This document shows positions 25,335-37,430 of a DNA stretch of 64,000 nucleotides, piece by piece. The stretch comes from Octopus vulgaris (Eukaryota): the NCBI GenBank assembly GCA_951406725.2, contig OX597823.1:18290001-18354000 (forward strand). The letters run 5' to 3'. The first letter of the stretch is position 1. Each line of letters opens with the position of its first letter. A model generated the notes under the pieces. That model was given only the letters and a program-made list of their open reading frames with translations. It had not been told where the DNA came from and searched no databases. Both the position numbers and the translations under genes were made by a program.

Positions 25335-25610
25335 TTTCCCATCAAAGACAATGTATGAGCGTTCAGCTTTTGCCGAACAGCCTTCACAAATGATTTGTTT
25401 ATAGTGATCAAATGTATGTGCCGGACTTTAGCTCAATCTCTCCATCAAATCAACACTGCCTCAACTGGTGAACTGTGTACCACACATCAAGTGTCAAAGT
25501 GATTGCAAAACATTGTGAGATGAAGAGTTTTGCTCAAGAAGACAAGGCATCACAGGTCTAGGAATTGAAACCATGAGTGCACCAGCCTAACTACTAAGCC
25601 ATGCACCCTC
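25335..25610 (-). mobile_element. Old tRNA-headed SINE
   Basis: Minus head gcatggcttagtagttagg..ggtttcaattcc..cttgagcaaaactctt. Confidence 0.6.
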
Positions 25611-25614
25611 AGTA

Positions 25615-25815
25615 GTGAAATAGTTAGTTTTAACTGCTATTTCTAAATTTCGGTATGTGGTGAAGCAAATTTTTGCTGAACCCTAATTATAATTATACTC
25701 ATAATTATAAAAAAAATTTTGTATAAGTTTACTGATAATGGTTCTTTTAACATACCAAACTACTTGGTAAAATTACTAATTATTAATTAATTAATTTTAC
25801 CCTTTATTATTATTG
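25615..25815. mobile_element. Element P2, single arm
   Basis: Matches the right arm and tail of 51590-51840; related sequence at 16121-16230. Confidence 0.75.
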
Positions 25816-25869
25816 ACATATATATATATATATATATTGTTTCAAATTTGTGTGAATGTATATAGAATA

Positions 25870-26230
25870 ATATATCAGTTGAATAAAGTTAAAACATGGT
25901 CTGGTGTTCACGTTTTTTACTTTGGTATTTTAACATTAAAAGAAATATTTTGTAATGCTCATAAATTTAAATTAGCACTTCATCAGATTTTAAATTAGCA
26001 CTTTCATCAGATTTTAAATGTGTTAAAATGAGAGTTGAGTTCTAAGAGGTATTACAGTTGTCAAGAACTCAACTATCAGATAAACACATTTGAAATCTGA
26101 TGATTACTTTAAGTATGAAAGTGTCAATTTAAACTTTATGAGCATTACATAATTTTTTTTTTCTAATGTTAAAGTACCATAATAAAAACCCTGAAAACCA
26201 GACCATGTTTTAACTTTATTCAACTGAATA
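25870..26230. mobile_element. Palindromic element with hammerhead remnant
   Basis: Arms cagttgaataaagttaaaacatggtctgg / ccagaccatgttttaactttattcaactg; aaatCTGATGAttactttaagtatGAAAgtgtcaattt at 26093-26130. Confidence 0.75.
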
Positions 26231-26247
26231 TGTATATATATATATTT

Positions 26248-27289
26248 ATCATCATCATCATCATCATCATCGTTTAACGTCCGCTTTCCATGCTAGCATG
26301 GGTTGGACGGTTCAACTGGGGTCTGGGAAGCCCGAAGGCTGCACCAGGCCAGTCAGATGTGGCAGTGTTTCTACAGCTGGATGCCCTTCCTAACGCCAAC
26401 CACTCCGAGAGTGTAGTGGGTGATTTTATGTGCCACCGACACAGGTGCCAGACGAGGCTGGCAGACGGCCACGCTCGGATGGTGTTTTTTATGTGCCACC
26501 GACACAGGTGCCAGACGAGGCTGGCAGACGGCCACGCTCGGATGGTGTTTTCTTATGTGCCACCGACACAGGTGCCAGACGAGGCTGGCAGACGGCCACG
26601 CTCGGATGGTGTTTTTTAAGTGCCCACAGCACGGATGCCAGTCATTGCTGTACTGGCTACGGTCACGTTCGGATGGTTTTCTTATGTGCCACCGGCACTG
26701 GTACCACAAGGATACAAATTCCATTGATGTTCATCTATTTTGATTTGGTTCGATTTGATTCGATACGATTCGATTCTCACTTGCCTCAACAGGTCTTCAC
26801 AAGTGTCACAAGAAGGAAGGTATGCACAGGTGGACTGACTACGTCCCAGGTAGGGGCCACGGATTATGGCTTCACTAGTCTTGCCGGGTCTTCTCACGCA
26901 CAGCATACTTCCATAGGTCTCGGTCTCTAGTCATTTCCATGGTGAGACCTAACGTCCGAAGGTCGTGCTTCACCACCTCGTCCCAGGTTTTCCTGGGTCT
27001 ACCTCTTCCACGGGTTCCCTCAACTGCTAGGGATTGGCACTTTCTCACACACCTATCTTCATCCATTCTCGCCACATGACCATACCAGCGCAATCGTCTC
27101 TCTTGCACACAACAACTGATGCTTCTTAGGTACAACATTTCTCTCAAGGTACTAACGCTCTGTCGAGTAAGTACACTGACATTACACATCCATCGGAGCA
27201 TACTGGCTTCGTTCCTCACGAGCTTACGCATGTCCTCAGCAGTCACGGCCCATGTTTCACTGTGTCCTCAGCAGTCACGGCCCATGTTT
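26248..27289 (-). mobile_element. 5'-truncated RTE-clade LINE (ORF C-terminus, 3' UTR, (GAT)n tail)
   Basis: ORF 27246-26875 contains SMLRWMC..RRLRWYGHVARM..GRGRPRKTW; frame open; contiguous with the tandem-unit UTR. Confidence 0.93.
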
Positions 27290-27674
27290 ATATATATGTA
27301 TGTATATACACACATACACATACACACACATATATATATACACACACACACACATACAATTACAAGTATGAAATGCACAAAAATTAAGCTAAACATTTAT
27401 TGCAGAACTTCTAATTCTGACATTTCCCTAACAAATAACCATGCAACCACCACCACCACCCACCACCATAATCTACCAAATGCAACATTTGGCATTCTGC
27501 AGATAGATACAACACCAAATAGCAACAACAATAAAAGCACAAATAAGATAACATCTGCTTCCACACAACATTAACATGTTAATTCATTCAGCTAACTGCA
27601 GACAAGTAAACAGTTTTGGTAATTCTACTGAAAAGTGGATTTTCTCAACCTGTTTTCTAAAGGCATAAAAATTA

Positions 27675-28049
27675 GTGTGGCTGTGTGGTAAGTAGCTTGC
27701 TTGCCATCCATATGGTTCCGAGTTCATTCCCACTTCATGGCATCTTGGGCAAGTGTCTTCAACTATAGCCTCGGGCTGACCAAAGCCTTGTGAGTGCATT
27801 TGGTAGACGGAAACTGAAAGAAGCCCTTCGTATATATGTATATATATATATGTATGTATGTGTGTGTGCATATGTTTGTGCGTCTGTGTTTGTCCCCCAA
27901 CATCGCTTGACAACCGATGGTGGTGTGTTTACATCCCCGTAAGTACTATGCTTCCAAAGAATACGTCCTGGGGTCGATTTGCTTGACTAAAAGCGGTGCT
28001 CTAGCATGGCCGCAGTCAAATGACTGAAACCAGTAAAAGAGTAAAAGAG
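27675..28049 (+). mobile_element. SINE family A
   Basis: Near-full copy. Confidence 0.9.
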
Positions 28050-28321
28050 TATATAACTGTATTAGCATTATCATGCGTTTGAGAATAAATTATTTCCGTA
28101 TCTTTCAATACATCTCAACGCTTCTGAAGTAAACTTTGTTTGTTTTCTTTCATTGCAAGTTGAATTTAACATTAGTGTCTTACAAAGCTAGATTTCTAAA
28201 TCCTAAAATTGCAGAACAATTCATAAATGGGCAGTTTAGCTTAAAGGTAAAGCACTTGACACATAATCACAGGGATGTGAGTTTGAGTCTCGTGGCTGGC
28301 TACTCTCTTTCTCTTTCTCTT

Positions 28322-28721
28322 TCTCTTTTACTTGTTTCAGTCATTTGACTGCGGCCATGCTGGAGCACCGCCTTTTTTTAATCGAGTAACTCGACCCCGG
28401 AACTTATTCTTTTGTAAGCCCAGTACTTATTCTATCGGTCTCTTTTGCCGAACCGCTAAGTGACGGGGACATAAACACACCAGCATCGGTTGTCAACCAA
28501 TGCTAGAGGGACAAACACAGACACACACACACGCATACATATATATATACATACATATATACGACGGGCTTCTTTCAGTTTCCGTCTACCAAATCCACTC
28601 ACAAGGCTTTGGTCGGCCCGAGGCTATAGTAGAAGACACTTGCTCAAGGTGCCACACAGTGGGACTGAACCCGGAACCATGTGGTTGGTAGACAGGCTAC
28701 TTCCCACACAGCCACTCCTGC
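28322..28721 (-). mobile_element. SINE family A
   Basis: Full copy, inverted relative to 27675-28049. Confidence 0.9.
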
Positions 28722-29294
28722 TTTTCTGCAATATACAGATAGTTTATCTCGTTTATGCTGTTGTATTAGCATTATCATGGACTTGAGAATAAATTATTTC
28801 CTTATCTGTATCTTTAAATATATCTCAACACTTCTGAAGTAAACTTTGTTTGTTTCCTTACATCTAAAGTTGAATTTATAAATGATAAAAGTCATAAACT
28901 AACAAGATGACTGTGTGGTTATGAAGCTTGCTTTGCCTCTTGTGGTTCTGGGTTCAGCCCCACAGTGTGTGGCACCTTAGGCCCTCTACTATTGTGTCTT
29001 CTATTAGAGCCTTGGGCTAAAGCTTTCTATTATAGCTCTGGGCTAACCAAAGCCTTCAGAGTGAAATGATACCATTCACCCTCTCTAATCCTGGGTCTAC
29101 TTCACTATATAAATCTCCCTATAATTTGGGTATATAGTCCTTGGCCACTCCTCATCAGATCTTCCCTGTTTTCTCTCTCTCCTCCCTTTCCATCTAAGGT
29201 AGCCATATTTCTCTTCTAACACAAGACACTCGTTTCTGTCCCTCAATACCAATCCCTCCCAGTTGACAAGGAATAATATTGAAGGACAGAAAAG

Positions 29295-29487
29295 GTTACG
29301 TGAAGACCTCACTGGTGCTGGTGCCATGTAAAAAGCACTGAATACACACTGTAAAATGGCTGGCATTAGCGAAGGCATCCAGCTGCAGAAACCATACCAA
29401 AGCAGAGAGCAGGGCTCAGTGCAGTTGTCTGACTTGCAAGTCCTGTCAAACCTTTCAATCCATGCCAGCATGGAAAACAGTCTTTAA

Positions 29488-29518
<31 letters not shown>
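29295..29518 (+). mobile_element. Older RTE 3' end
   Basis: ggtgccatgtaaaaagcac..ggcatccagc..(GAT)n. Confidence 0.75.
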
Positions 29519-29519
<1 letters not shown>

Positions 29520-30067
29520 AGCTTATTGTGTGAGTGTGTGTATGCATGTATGTGTTTGTGTGTATATACACACACACACACACACACATATCCTATTATA
29601 AATTTGAGTGATGATTCTCTGTCCATTATGTTTTTATGTTCATCAAATCCTCCTAGGCCGTTGGTGCAAGAACAACAAAGCTCAAACCAGCAACTCCCCT
29701 AATCCCGAGGAATGTCCAAAGGGGGTTTATTTTTTTTAAGGGCCACCTAATTGAGGCCCCACTGAACCCTGCCCTATTTTTACTGCATTTTAAACTAAAT
29801 ACCTGATTTGGCAACCAAATCGGAGCAATGACAATGAATCTCATACCATGAACTCCCAGGGAGTATCGTAAAGAGGTTCAATTTCTGAAGGGCCACTTAA
29901 ATAAGGCCCCACTTACCCCCACCTATTTATACTGCATTTACCTTGTTCCTACGCTTATTGATTAAACTATGATCAGCATCAGTGCTTAGCACATTTGCAG
30001 AAATAAGTTTCACCATTCTAAATACCTGCATGTACATTCAAATCAAGATAAAGTGTTATAACTGTTT

Positions 30068-30330
30068 GAAAAGTCTGGCTGCATCCGAATAAAATATACA
30101 TTATGAAACAAAAATATGCACAAAATTTATTACACGAATCTGTTACCACCATGACAGTCAACTATTTGACGCCGAATAAGAGTTTGATGTTGAATACAAC
30201 CACGAATTTTCCGCTCAGATAGCTCTTCCCAAGACTGCAAGACAGCTTCGTGCAATTCATGCTTCGTTGTAGGGTTTTTCAGTTCAACTTTATCGGCCAA
30301 AATTTTGAAAACGCAGCCAGACTTTTCACA
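30068..30330 (-). mobile_element. Tc1-like transposase C-terminal remnant
   Basis: KVELKNPTTKHELHEAVLQSWEELSERKIRGCI..RRQIVDCHGG; bracketed by inverted gaaaagtctggctg. Confidence 0.7.
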
Positions 30331-30560
30331 CAGAGGATACATTTCAGGTGTGGGAGTGTGGATATTTATATTTTGTAGTTTATGAAACTTATGTCTGGTA
30401 TATGATATACACACACATGATTGTGTCTTTGTGTTTGTCCCCCCACTGTTTGACAACCGGTGTTGGTTTGTTGATGTCCCCAATAGTTTAGTAGTTCAAC
30501 AAATGAAACTGATTGAATAAGTACCAGACTTTAAAGAAGGGGGAGGAGGTGATTTATTCA

Positions 30561-30759
30561 ACTCTTTTACTTGTTTCAGTCATTTGACTGCGGCCATGCT
30601 GGAGCACCACCTTTTAGTCGAGCAAATCGATCCCAGGACTTATTCTTTGTAAGCCCAGTACTTATTCTATCAGTATCTTTTGCCGAACCGCTAAGTGACA
30701 GGGACGTAAACACACCAGTATCGGTTGTCAAGCAATGCTAGGGGGACAAACACAGACAC

Positions 30760-30790
<31 letters not shown>

Positions 30791-30975
30791 CATACATATA
30801 TATATATATACATATATACGACAGGCTTCTTTCAGTTTCCGTCTACCAAATTCACTCACAAGGCATTGGTCGACCCGGGGCTATAGCAGAAGACACTTGC
30901 CCAAGATGCCATGCAGTGGGACTGAACCCAGAACAATGTGGTTGGTTAGCAAGCTACTTACCACACAGCCACTCA
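30561..30975 (-). mobile_element. SINE A nested in an older plus-strand SINE A
   Basis: Host 3' part resumes at 30980-31026 after 30420-30535. Confidence 0.85.
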
Positions 30976-32280
30976 CCATTCGAGGCAATGCCCCAACATG
31001 GCCACAGTCTTATGACTGAAACAAGCATGAAATAAACAATAAACAACAACAACAACAGCAACAGCAACAACACAGAATTCAAATATTTCAAGTAAAAAAG
31101 GAAAGAATGAGGAATTGAGACTTATGGCACGGGACAGTTGATTGAATTTGAGACAAAATAAAAACTAAAAAAAAAACACGCACGAAACTATATTCGTCTG
31201 TCACCTGACTCTTTAAACTGTTTAATATGTTGGATACAGAACAAGTGTCGTGTGTGGGTTGGGTCATGTGATTTCCCCCCCCCTCTCTCTCTCCATCTCC
31301 AATCCAGCCATTTTCGTTTAGTTTTCTGGTTGGTTGGTTGGTTGGTTGGCTGGCTGGTTAGTTGGTTTATAGTATTGTTGTTGTTGTTGCTATTTTTGTT
31401 GTTGTGGTGATGTTGCTTTGTTTTTGAAGTAATTTTTATTGCTATTGCTGTTGTGCTGGTGTTATTATAGTGTTCTTATTGTTGTTGTTGTTGTTGTGGT
31501 GGTGATGCTGGTGGTGGTGGTGGTGCTGCTGCTGCTGCTGCAGTGATATTCTTGTCCTGAATGAGTTGTTAATGTGGTGGTGCTAGAGGTGCTAGTGGAG
31601 AAGATGCTGTAGTTTTGTTGCCGTAATATTTTTGTTGTTATCAATGTATACAATTAAGGATAATAATTCAGGAATTAATTTCGAAGTTTTTTTTTTTTTT
31701 GAATAAAACACATTAGACATTATAAGCACCAAAAGAGAAACAGGGCAACTAGCAGGAATTGAACCATACATCACCTCTCTGGCAAGTGGGATGGATCCTG
31801 TCAGAGCCCCAATTGCTCTTTTCTTTCCCAAATTAGTAGTTCTAATATCAAGTAACTTGTATATAAAAACAGCAGTTGAAAATTTACTATGGTAGAGGGA
31901 CCCCTCAATCCACTAGGTCATACAGAACAAGGATGAGGATTAACATCCCCTGAAGATAATGTCTTCATTCAATCAATCGAAAGTAAGGGTATTCAGTGGA
32001 TCTGGGCCCCTTTTTTTTCCAAGCTACATATAAACCAAAAAAATGGTTTAAATTCAGGATAGAAAACTAACAATACATGGAAACCCATATGTGGGAGTAT
32101 GAGCTGCTGGAAATAATAGGTAAATCATCCTCATATCACACCCTCCAATCTTATATAAAGAAGAAGGATAAACTAAACAATTTAGTTCCCTGATATAGAA
32201 AAATGTTCTTTGATTATGGATCTGCTGGGTTAGGGGTGATCTGAGGCTAAACGACAACAAACATCATAGTCGTTAATTAT

Positions 32281-32428
32281 ATTGGGTTGTCCGGAAAGTT
32301 CATGCCGATTTATAGCAGCTTACCTTTTGACATATTTTAGAACATGGGTGAGTCCATAAAATAGGATTTAACTACACCTCCATTTAGAGCACAGTTTAAG
32401 CTATCTTTTCGTGGAAGAAGGTTTATGC
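32281..32428 (+). mobile_element. Mariner-type terminal fragment
   Basis: TA followed by ttgggttgtccggaaagtt, a mariner-like TIR start; no second TIR seen. Confidence 0.5.
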
Positions 32429-32599
32429 TCAACTAAAGACGGTGCTACAGCATGGTCACAGTCAAATGATTGAAACAAGTATAAAAGAGAGAAAAAGAGA
32501 GACACGTCTAGCATTACGATAAGCTCCACTTCACTAGCTCTCAACATGGCAACATATCAACATCAAGCAAAAACAAAAAAAAAAGTTTCAAAATACATG

Positions 32600-32906
32600 T
32601 TGTTGTTTGTTCCTTCTCGAGCCACGCCTGGCTCGTAAGGGCCGGTTTCCTAGTTTCCTTGGCATATAGGTTCCCCACCTGGACAGGACGCCGGTCCGTC
32701 GTAGGTGAGCTGCAAGATGCAGGAGGAAAGAGTGAGAGAAATTTGTGGCGAAAGAGTCAGCAGAAGTTTGCCATTGCCTTCTGCCGGAGCCACATGGAGC
32801 TTAGGTGTTTCGCTCATAAATACACACATCGCTTGGTCTGAGATTCGAACCCGCAATCCCTCAACCGCAAGTCTGCTGCTCTAACCACTAGGCCATGTGC
32901 CCCCAC
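32600..32906 (-). mobile_element. SINE family C
   Basis: 11-bp TSD caaaatacatg at 32589-32599 and 32907-32917. Confidence 0.9.
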
Positions 32907-34390
32907 CAAAATACATGAATATAATAAAAATTTAATTATAAATTTTTTACAAACTTGACAGCTGTAATTTATAATTTAAAAAAAACAAAAAAAAAAACAA
33001 TAATGTTTTAGTGTTTTTAAATTTAAAACCGTAACAATTAAGTTGTTTATAATTAATTAAAACTGTATAGGTATTTACAATGAAGCTTTAGGTTTAGTAT
33101 TATTAATTAATCTGTGAATTATTGTTTACTTGATGATATGTATGTGTAAGTCTTGGGTGAATGGTTAAGAAGTTTGTTTCATAATCATTATATTTCAAGT
33201 TCAATCCCACTGAAAGACAACATAATGTGTAAGTGTCTTTTATGGTATCTTGGGTCAACTTATGTCTTAGGAATGAAACAGCATATGCAGAAACTGAGTA
33301 GAAGCTCATTGGATAGACTATACCTGTTATTCAAAATGTCAGCCTTTCACATTGGCTATGCCTAAGAATTATATTTATAGTACAGTGTCAGTGGAATACT
33401 CAACCACTTACCGTATAATACAAGCAGTATGTAGTTCAGCTGCTTAAACAACTTGGACACTTACTGTTGAAACCTACAGAGGATTACAGCTTCAATTGCA
33501 TACTTTGAATTTTAATCAGCTGGGCAGCTATTTGCAATATCAGTGAATGTCTTATTCCCTATTTTCTATATATCAGAGGAAACAATTTCAACTAGGCATG
33601 TGACTGGTTGTGAATACATGCCATTGATAACACACACACACACACACACACATACACACACACGCACGCACGCACGCACACACACACACACACACATACA
33701 AGAGGCTTTGCTCATCTACCAAAATCCACTCACACAAGACTTCACACTTAGATATTTTACATTATATAAGACTGTTGTAACATTGAAGACTGGGTTTTGG
33801 GACATGCTTGCATCATATTCTTGTTGAAGAAATCCTGTTACTTCCAATTTTTCCTATCCTTTCTTTCATTGAACATACTTACACGGGGTTACATAAGGAA
33901 TTGATGCAATTTCTGATAGACTAAACCAAGTGAAGATATTGTAAGTGAGAGATGTCAAAATCTCTGTACCAATCAAGTTCAAATAAGTGAAATGGCATTC
34001 AAAATATTTCTTAAAATCTTTAGCATTCTATTTAGTAATCCCTGATATCAAATTATTTACTCCATAAACAACAGATAATTACATATGCAGTTACATAAAT
34101 TTAGCAATCATTGAAGCAACAGACAACTTTTCACCCAAATTAAACAATTATTTCAACCATAAATAGCTGACTGTATACATTTAGTATTCACATAAGCAAT
34201 AAACATGCTATCAATTTCAGTTAGCATTCAGTTACCACTTCCAGTTAACATTCACAAAAGCCATTAACAGGTCATTTACTTAGCATTTCCTGAATCAAAT
34301 ACCAGTTTTTTTTTTGGGGGGGGGGGGGCTTTTTTGCCATGGGCTCTCACATGTCTATCTCAAATGATTTTGCTTTGATATTTTTTGTGA

Positions 34391-34561
34391 CTACACTCCC
34401 AGAGTGGTTGGCATTAGGAAGGGCCTCCAGTTGTAGAAACTCTGCCAGATCGAGATTGGAGCCTGGTGCAGCCATCTGGTTCACCAGTCCTCAGTCAAAT
34501 CGTCCAACCCATGCTAGCATGGAAAGCAGACGTTAAACAATGATGATGATGATGATGATGA
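34391..34561 (+). mobile_element. RTE 3' end
   Basis: Terminal module plus (GAT)n. Confidence 0.85.
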
Positions 34562-34953
34562 GTTTTTGTGACAAATGGAGCACATAATTTGTTTTCAAGA
34601 TTTATACCAATGGCTATTCTACCTTTGCACATTTTCCCAAAATGGATTTACAATTGGGCAGTAAATGACCACATCTTTTGGCATAAAAACAACAGCGGTT
34701 CATTGAGGTTGCTGCAGATATATGCATATTGTATTGGTCTCCTGATGTGTGACCATTCACACACATATGCACATATACAGGCACATGAACACACATACAT
34801 GTCTTTTACTTTTTATATTACATATTCTACTCAATGGACTGTGACCATGCTGCAGCTCCACTTTGATGGTTTTACAGTTCTATATTTAAGAGATAAGGAA
34901 TTATTTACATTATTTACATTTGATGGATAGTTGTCCTAATCTTGTTTGTTGTT

Positions 34954-34999
34954 AACACAACATTTCAGCTGATATACCCTCCAGCCTTCATCAGGTGTC
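34954..34999 (-). ncRNA. Minimal type I hammerhead ribozyme motif
   Basis: GACAC CTGATGA A GGCTG gagggtatat CAGCT GAAA TG TT GTGTT. Confidence 0.75.
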
Positions 35000-35314
35000 T
35001 TGGGGAAATTTTGAACCTGGGTTCTCATTCCTAAGGTATTTTTCAATGTTGTTGTTGTTGTTGTTGTTGTTATTATTATCATTATTATTACTATTCAGGT
35101 CACTGCCTGGAATCAAACTCGGAATATTGGGGTTAGTGCACGTGCTCTTAACCACTCCGCCATTTGCTCATGGGTGTAGTGGTTAAGGGTGCAGGCTACT
35201 AACCCCAAGATTCCAAGTTCGATTTCAAGCAGTGACCTGTGCAATAATAATAATAATAATAATAACATAGACAAATACCTTAGGAACGATAACCCAGGTT
35301 CGAAAATTTCCCAA

Positions 35315-35360
35315 GACACCTGAAGAAGGCTGGAGAGTATATCAGTCGAAACGATGTGTT
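35315..35360 (+). ncRNA. Minimal type I hammerhead motif (U16.1 position mutated)
   Basis: GACAC CTGAAGA A GGCTG gagagtatat CAGTC GAAA CG AT GTGTT. Confidence 0.7.
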
Positions 35361-35819
35361 AACAACAAACAAGAAGAGGACAAATATCCGTCAATTGTAA
35401 ATAATGTAAATAATGTTTTAGTTGAATAGATTGACACCAGAACTCATTTTTAAACCTGATAATTACTCCATCAGTCTCTTTTGCCAGACCACTAAGTCAC
35501 AAAGACATAAACAAAGCAATACTAGCTGTGAAGCAGTGAAGAGAGGACAAACACAGACACAAAGACACACACACACACACACATAAATATGGCATAAACA
35601 GTTTCCAGCTACAAAAGATATTCAGAAGGCATGGATCAGCCCGGGGCTATAGTAGAAGACATTTGCCCAAAGTGCCACATGCTGGGACTGAATCTAAAAC
35701 CATCACACAGCCATGCCTGTGCCTCTGTGTGTGTGTGTGTGTGTGTGTGCGCGCACGCATGCGTGTATGTGTGTGTGTGTGTGTGTATGTGTGTGCGCAC
35801 GCGTGTCCATGTATATATA

Positions 35820-36188
35820 GGTACAGGAGTGGATGTTTGGTAAGTAGCTTGCTTACCAGTCACATAGTTCTGGGTTCAGTCTCACAGCGTGGCACCTTGG
35901 GCAAGTGTCTTCTACTATAGTCTTGGGACAACCAAAGCCTTGTGAGCGTATTTGGCAGACGGAAACTGAAAGAAGCCCATCGTGTGTGTGTGTGATTGTC
36001 CCCCACCATCACTTGACAATCGATGTTGATGTGTTTACATCCCCATAACTTAGCAGTTCAGCAAAACAGACCAATAAAATAAGTACTAGGCTTACAACGA
36101 ATAAGCACTGGGATCAATTTGTTCGACTAAAGGCGGTGCTCCAGCACGGCCGCAGTCAAATGACTGAAACAGATAAAAGAATAAAAGT
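35820..36188 (+). mobile_element. SINE family A
   Basis: Full copy; a diverged minus-strand copy lies at 35420-35722. Confidence 0.9.
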
Positions 36189-36462
36189 ATATATGTACAT
36201 ACAAGCAGACATAGATAATGTTGAATGCAATAAATAGAATAAACACACATTACCCTGCTATGCTAAGGACTGATACACAACTAAGTTGTAGATGTTATTT
36301 CAGGCTTTAAATTCAAGCATTTACCATTATTATTCAGCTGCTAACCAAATGTTTTAGCTTAAGAACATCCCTCTAACCATTTCTAGAGAGTTTTTTCCAA
36401 AAGAAAGCAACCCCCAAAGGGAAAAGATACCAATTTTGTTGATATCTTTTGACATCAAGAAA

Positions 36463-36857
36463 TCTATATATATAAAAGTGAAGTTGTGTGTCTATCTCCT
36501 ACGATTTAGATTCCTAACTACTCCCACATTTTGCGGTGCAGTTTAACCAAAACTGGGTATCTTATAGTCGTGATTCATATCGAGCCCTTCTGGGTATTAG
36601 CGCACGTCTACGATAAGTCTACAATTTTAAAAAAAATTTACCATCATTTTTTCCCATTTTTAATGCATTTTTTTGCTATTATTTAAGGGAAGTAACTCGC
36701 ATCTACGATGAGTCTACGATTTAAAAAAAAATTTACCATAATTTTTCCGCATCTTTAATGCATTTTCGCTCGGTTTATATAAGGGAAGTAACTCTCTATA
36801 AATGCTTATATAGTTATTTCCCTTACAAACCCGAGCAATGCCGGGCGATACTGCTAG
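36463..36857 (+). mobile_element. Non-autonomous Helitron
   Basis: A|TCTATATATATAAAA start, hairpin cccgagcaatgccggg 36830-36845, CTAG|T end; internal ~95 bp tandem duplication. Confidence 0.9.
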
Positions 36858-36981
36858 TGTTATATAAAGACATCTGACCGTTTCTGTTCATTTCTTGGGA
36901 GCTAAACAATCTTATTAAAGTTATGAGACCAAAACTTTGGAATCTTTGACTGAAGAACTGACAAGTGTTCTTGCAAACACA

Positions 36982-36982
36982 A

Positions 36983-37048
<66 letters not shown>

Positions 37049-37067
37049 TGGTGTTGTTGCTGTTGGC

Positions 37068-37113
<46 letters not shown>
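36982..37113. repeat. (GTA)n microsatellite
   Basis: Direct reading. Confidence 0.95.
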
Positions 37114-37190
37114 TCAGCAGCAGTAGGTCAGCACTACTTGATCAGTCCTATACTGAAAGGCATTTAATGTGCATTTTTTTTCATTCTTGC

Positions 37191-37430
37191 ATCGGTTGTC
37201 AAGCAATGCTAGGGGGACAAATACAGACACACAAACACACACACACACATATATATATACATATATATGACGGGCTTCTTTCAGTTTCCGTCTACCAAAT
37301 CCACTCACAAGGCTTTGGTCGGCCCGAGGCTATAGTAGAAGACACTTGCCCAAGGTTCCACACAGTGGGGCTGAACCCGGAACCATGTGGTTGGTAAACA
37401 AGCTACTTACCACACAGCCACTCCTGCACC
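37191..37430 (-). mobile_element. SINE family A, 5' part
   Basis: Reverse-complement head and core; abuts an internally deleted RTE end at 37434-37645. Confidence 0.85.

Larger units (their letters stand above)
34875..35414. mobile_element. Head-to-head pair of tRNA-promoter + hammerhead units
   Basis: Long inverted repeat centred near 35168; A/B boxes in both arms; gtttta duplicated at 34869-34874 and 35415-35420; interrupts a SINE A tail. Confidence 0.8.

Noticed and set aside
35095-35240. tRNA genes (here and at SINE heads)
   Set aside because: A/B boxes are present but no complete cloverleaf; these are element heads.
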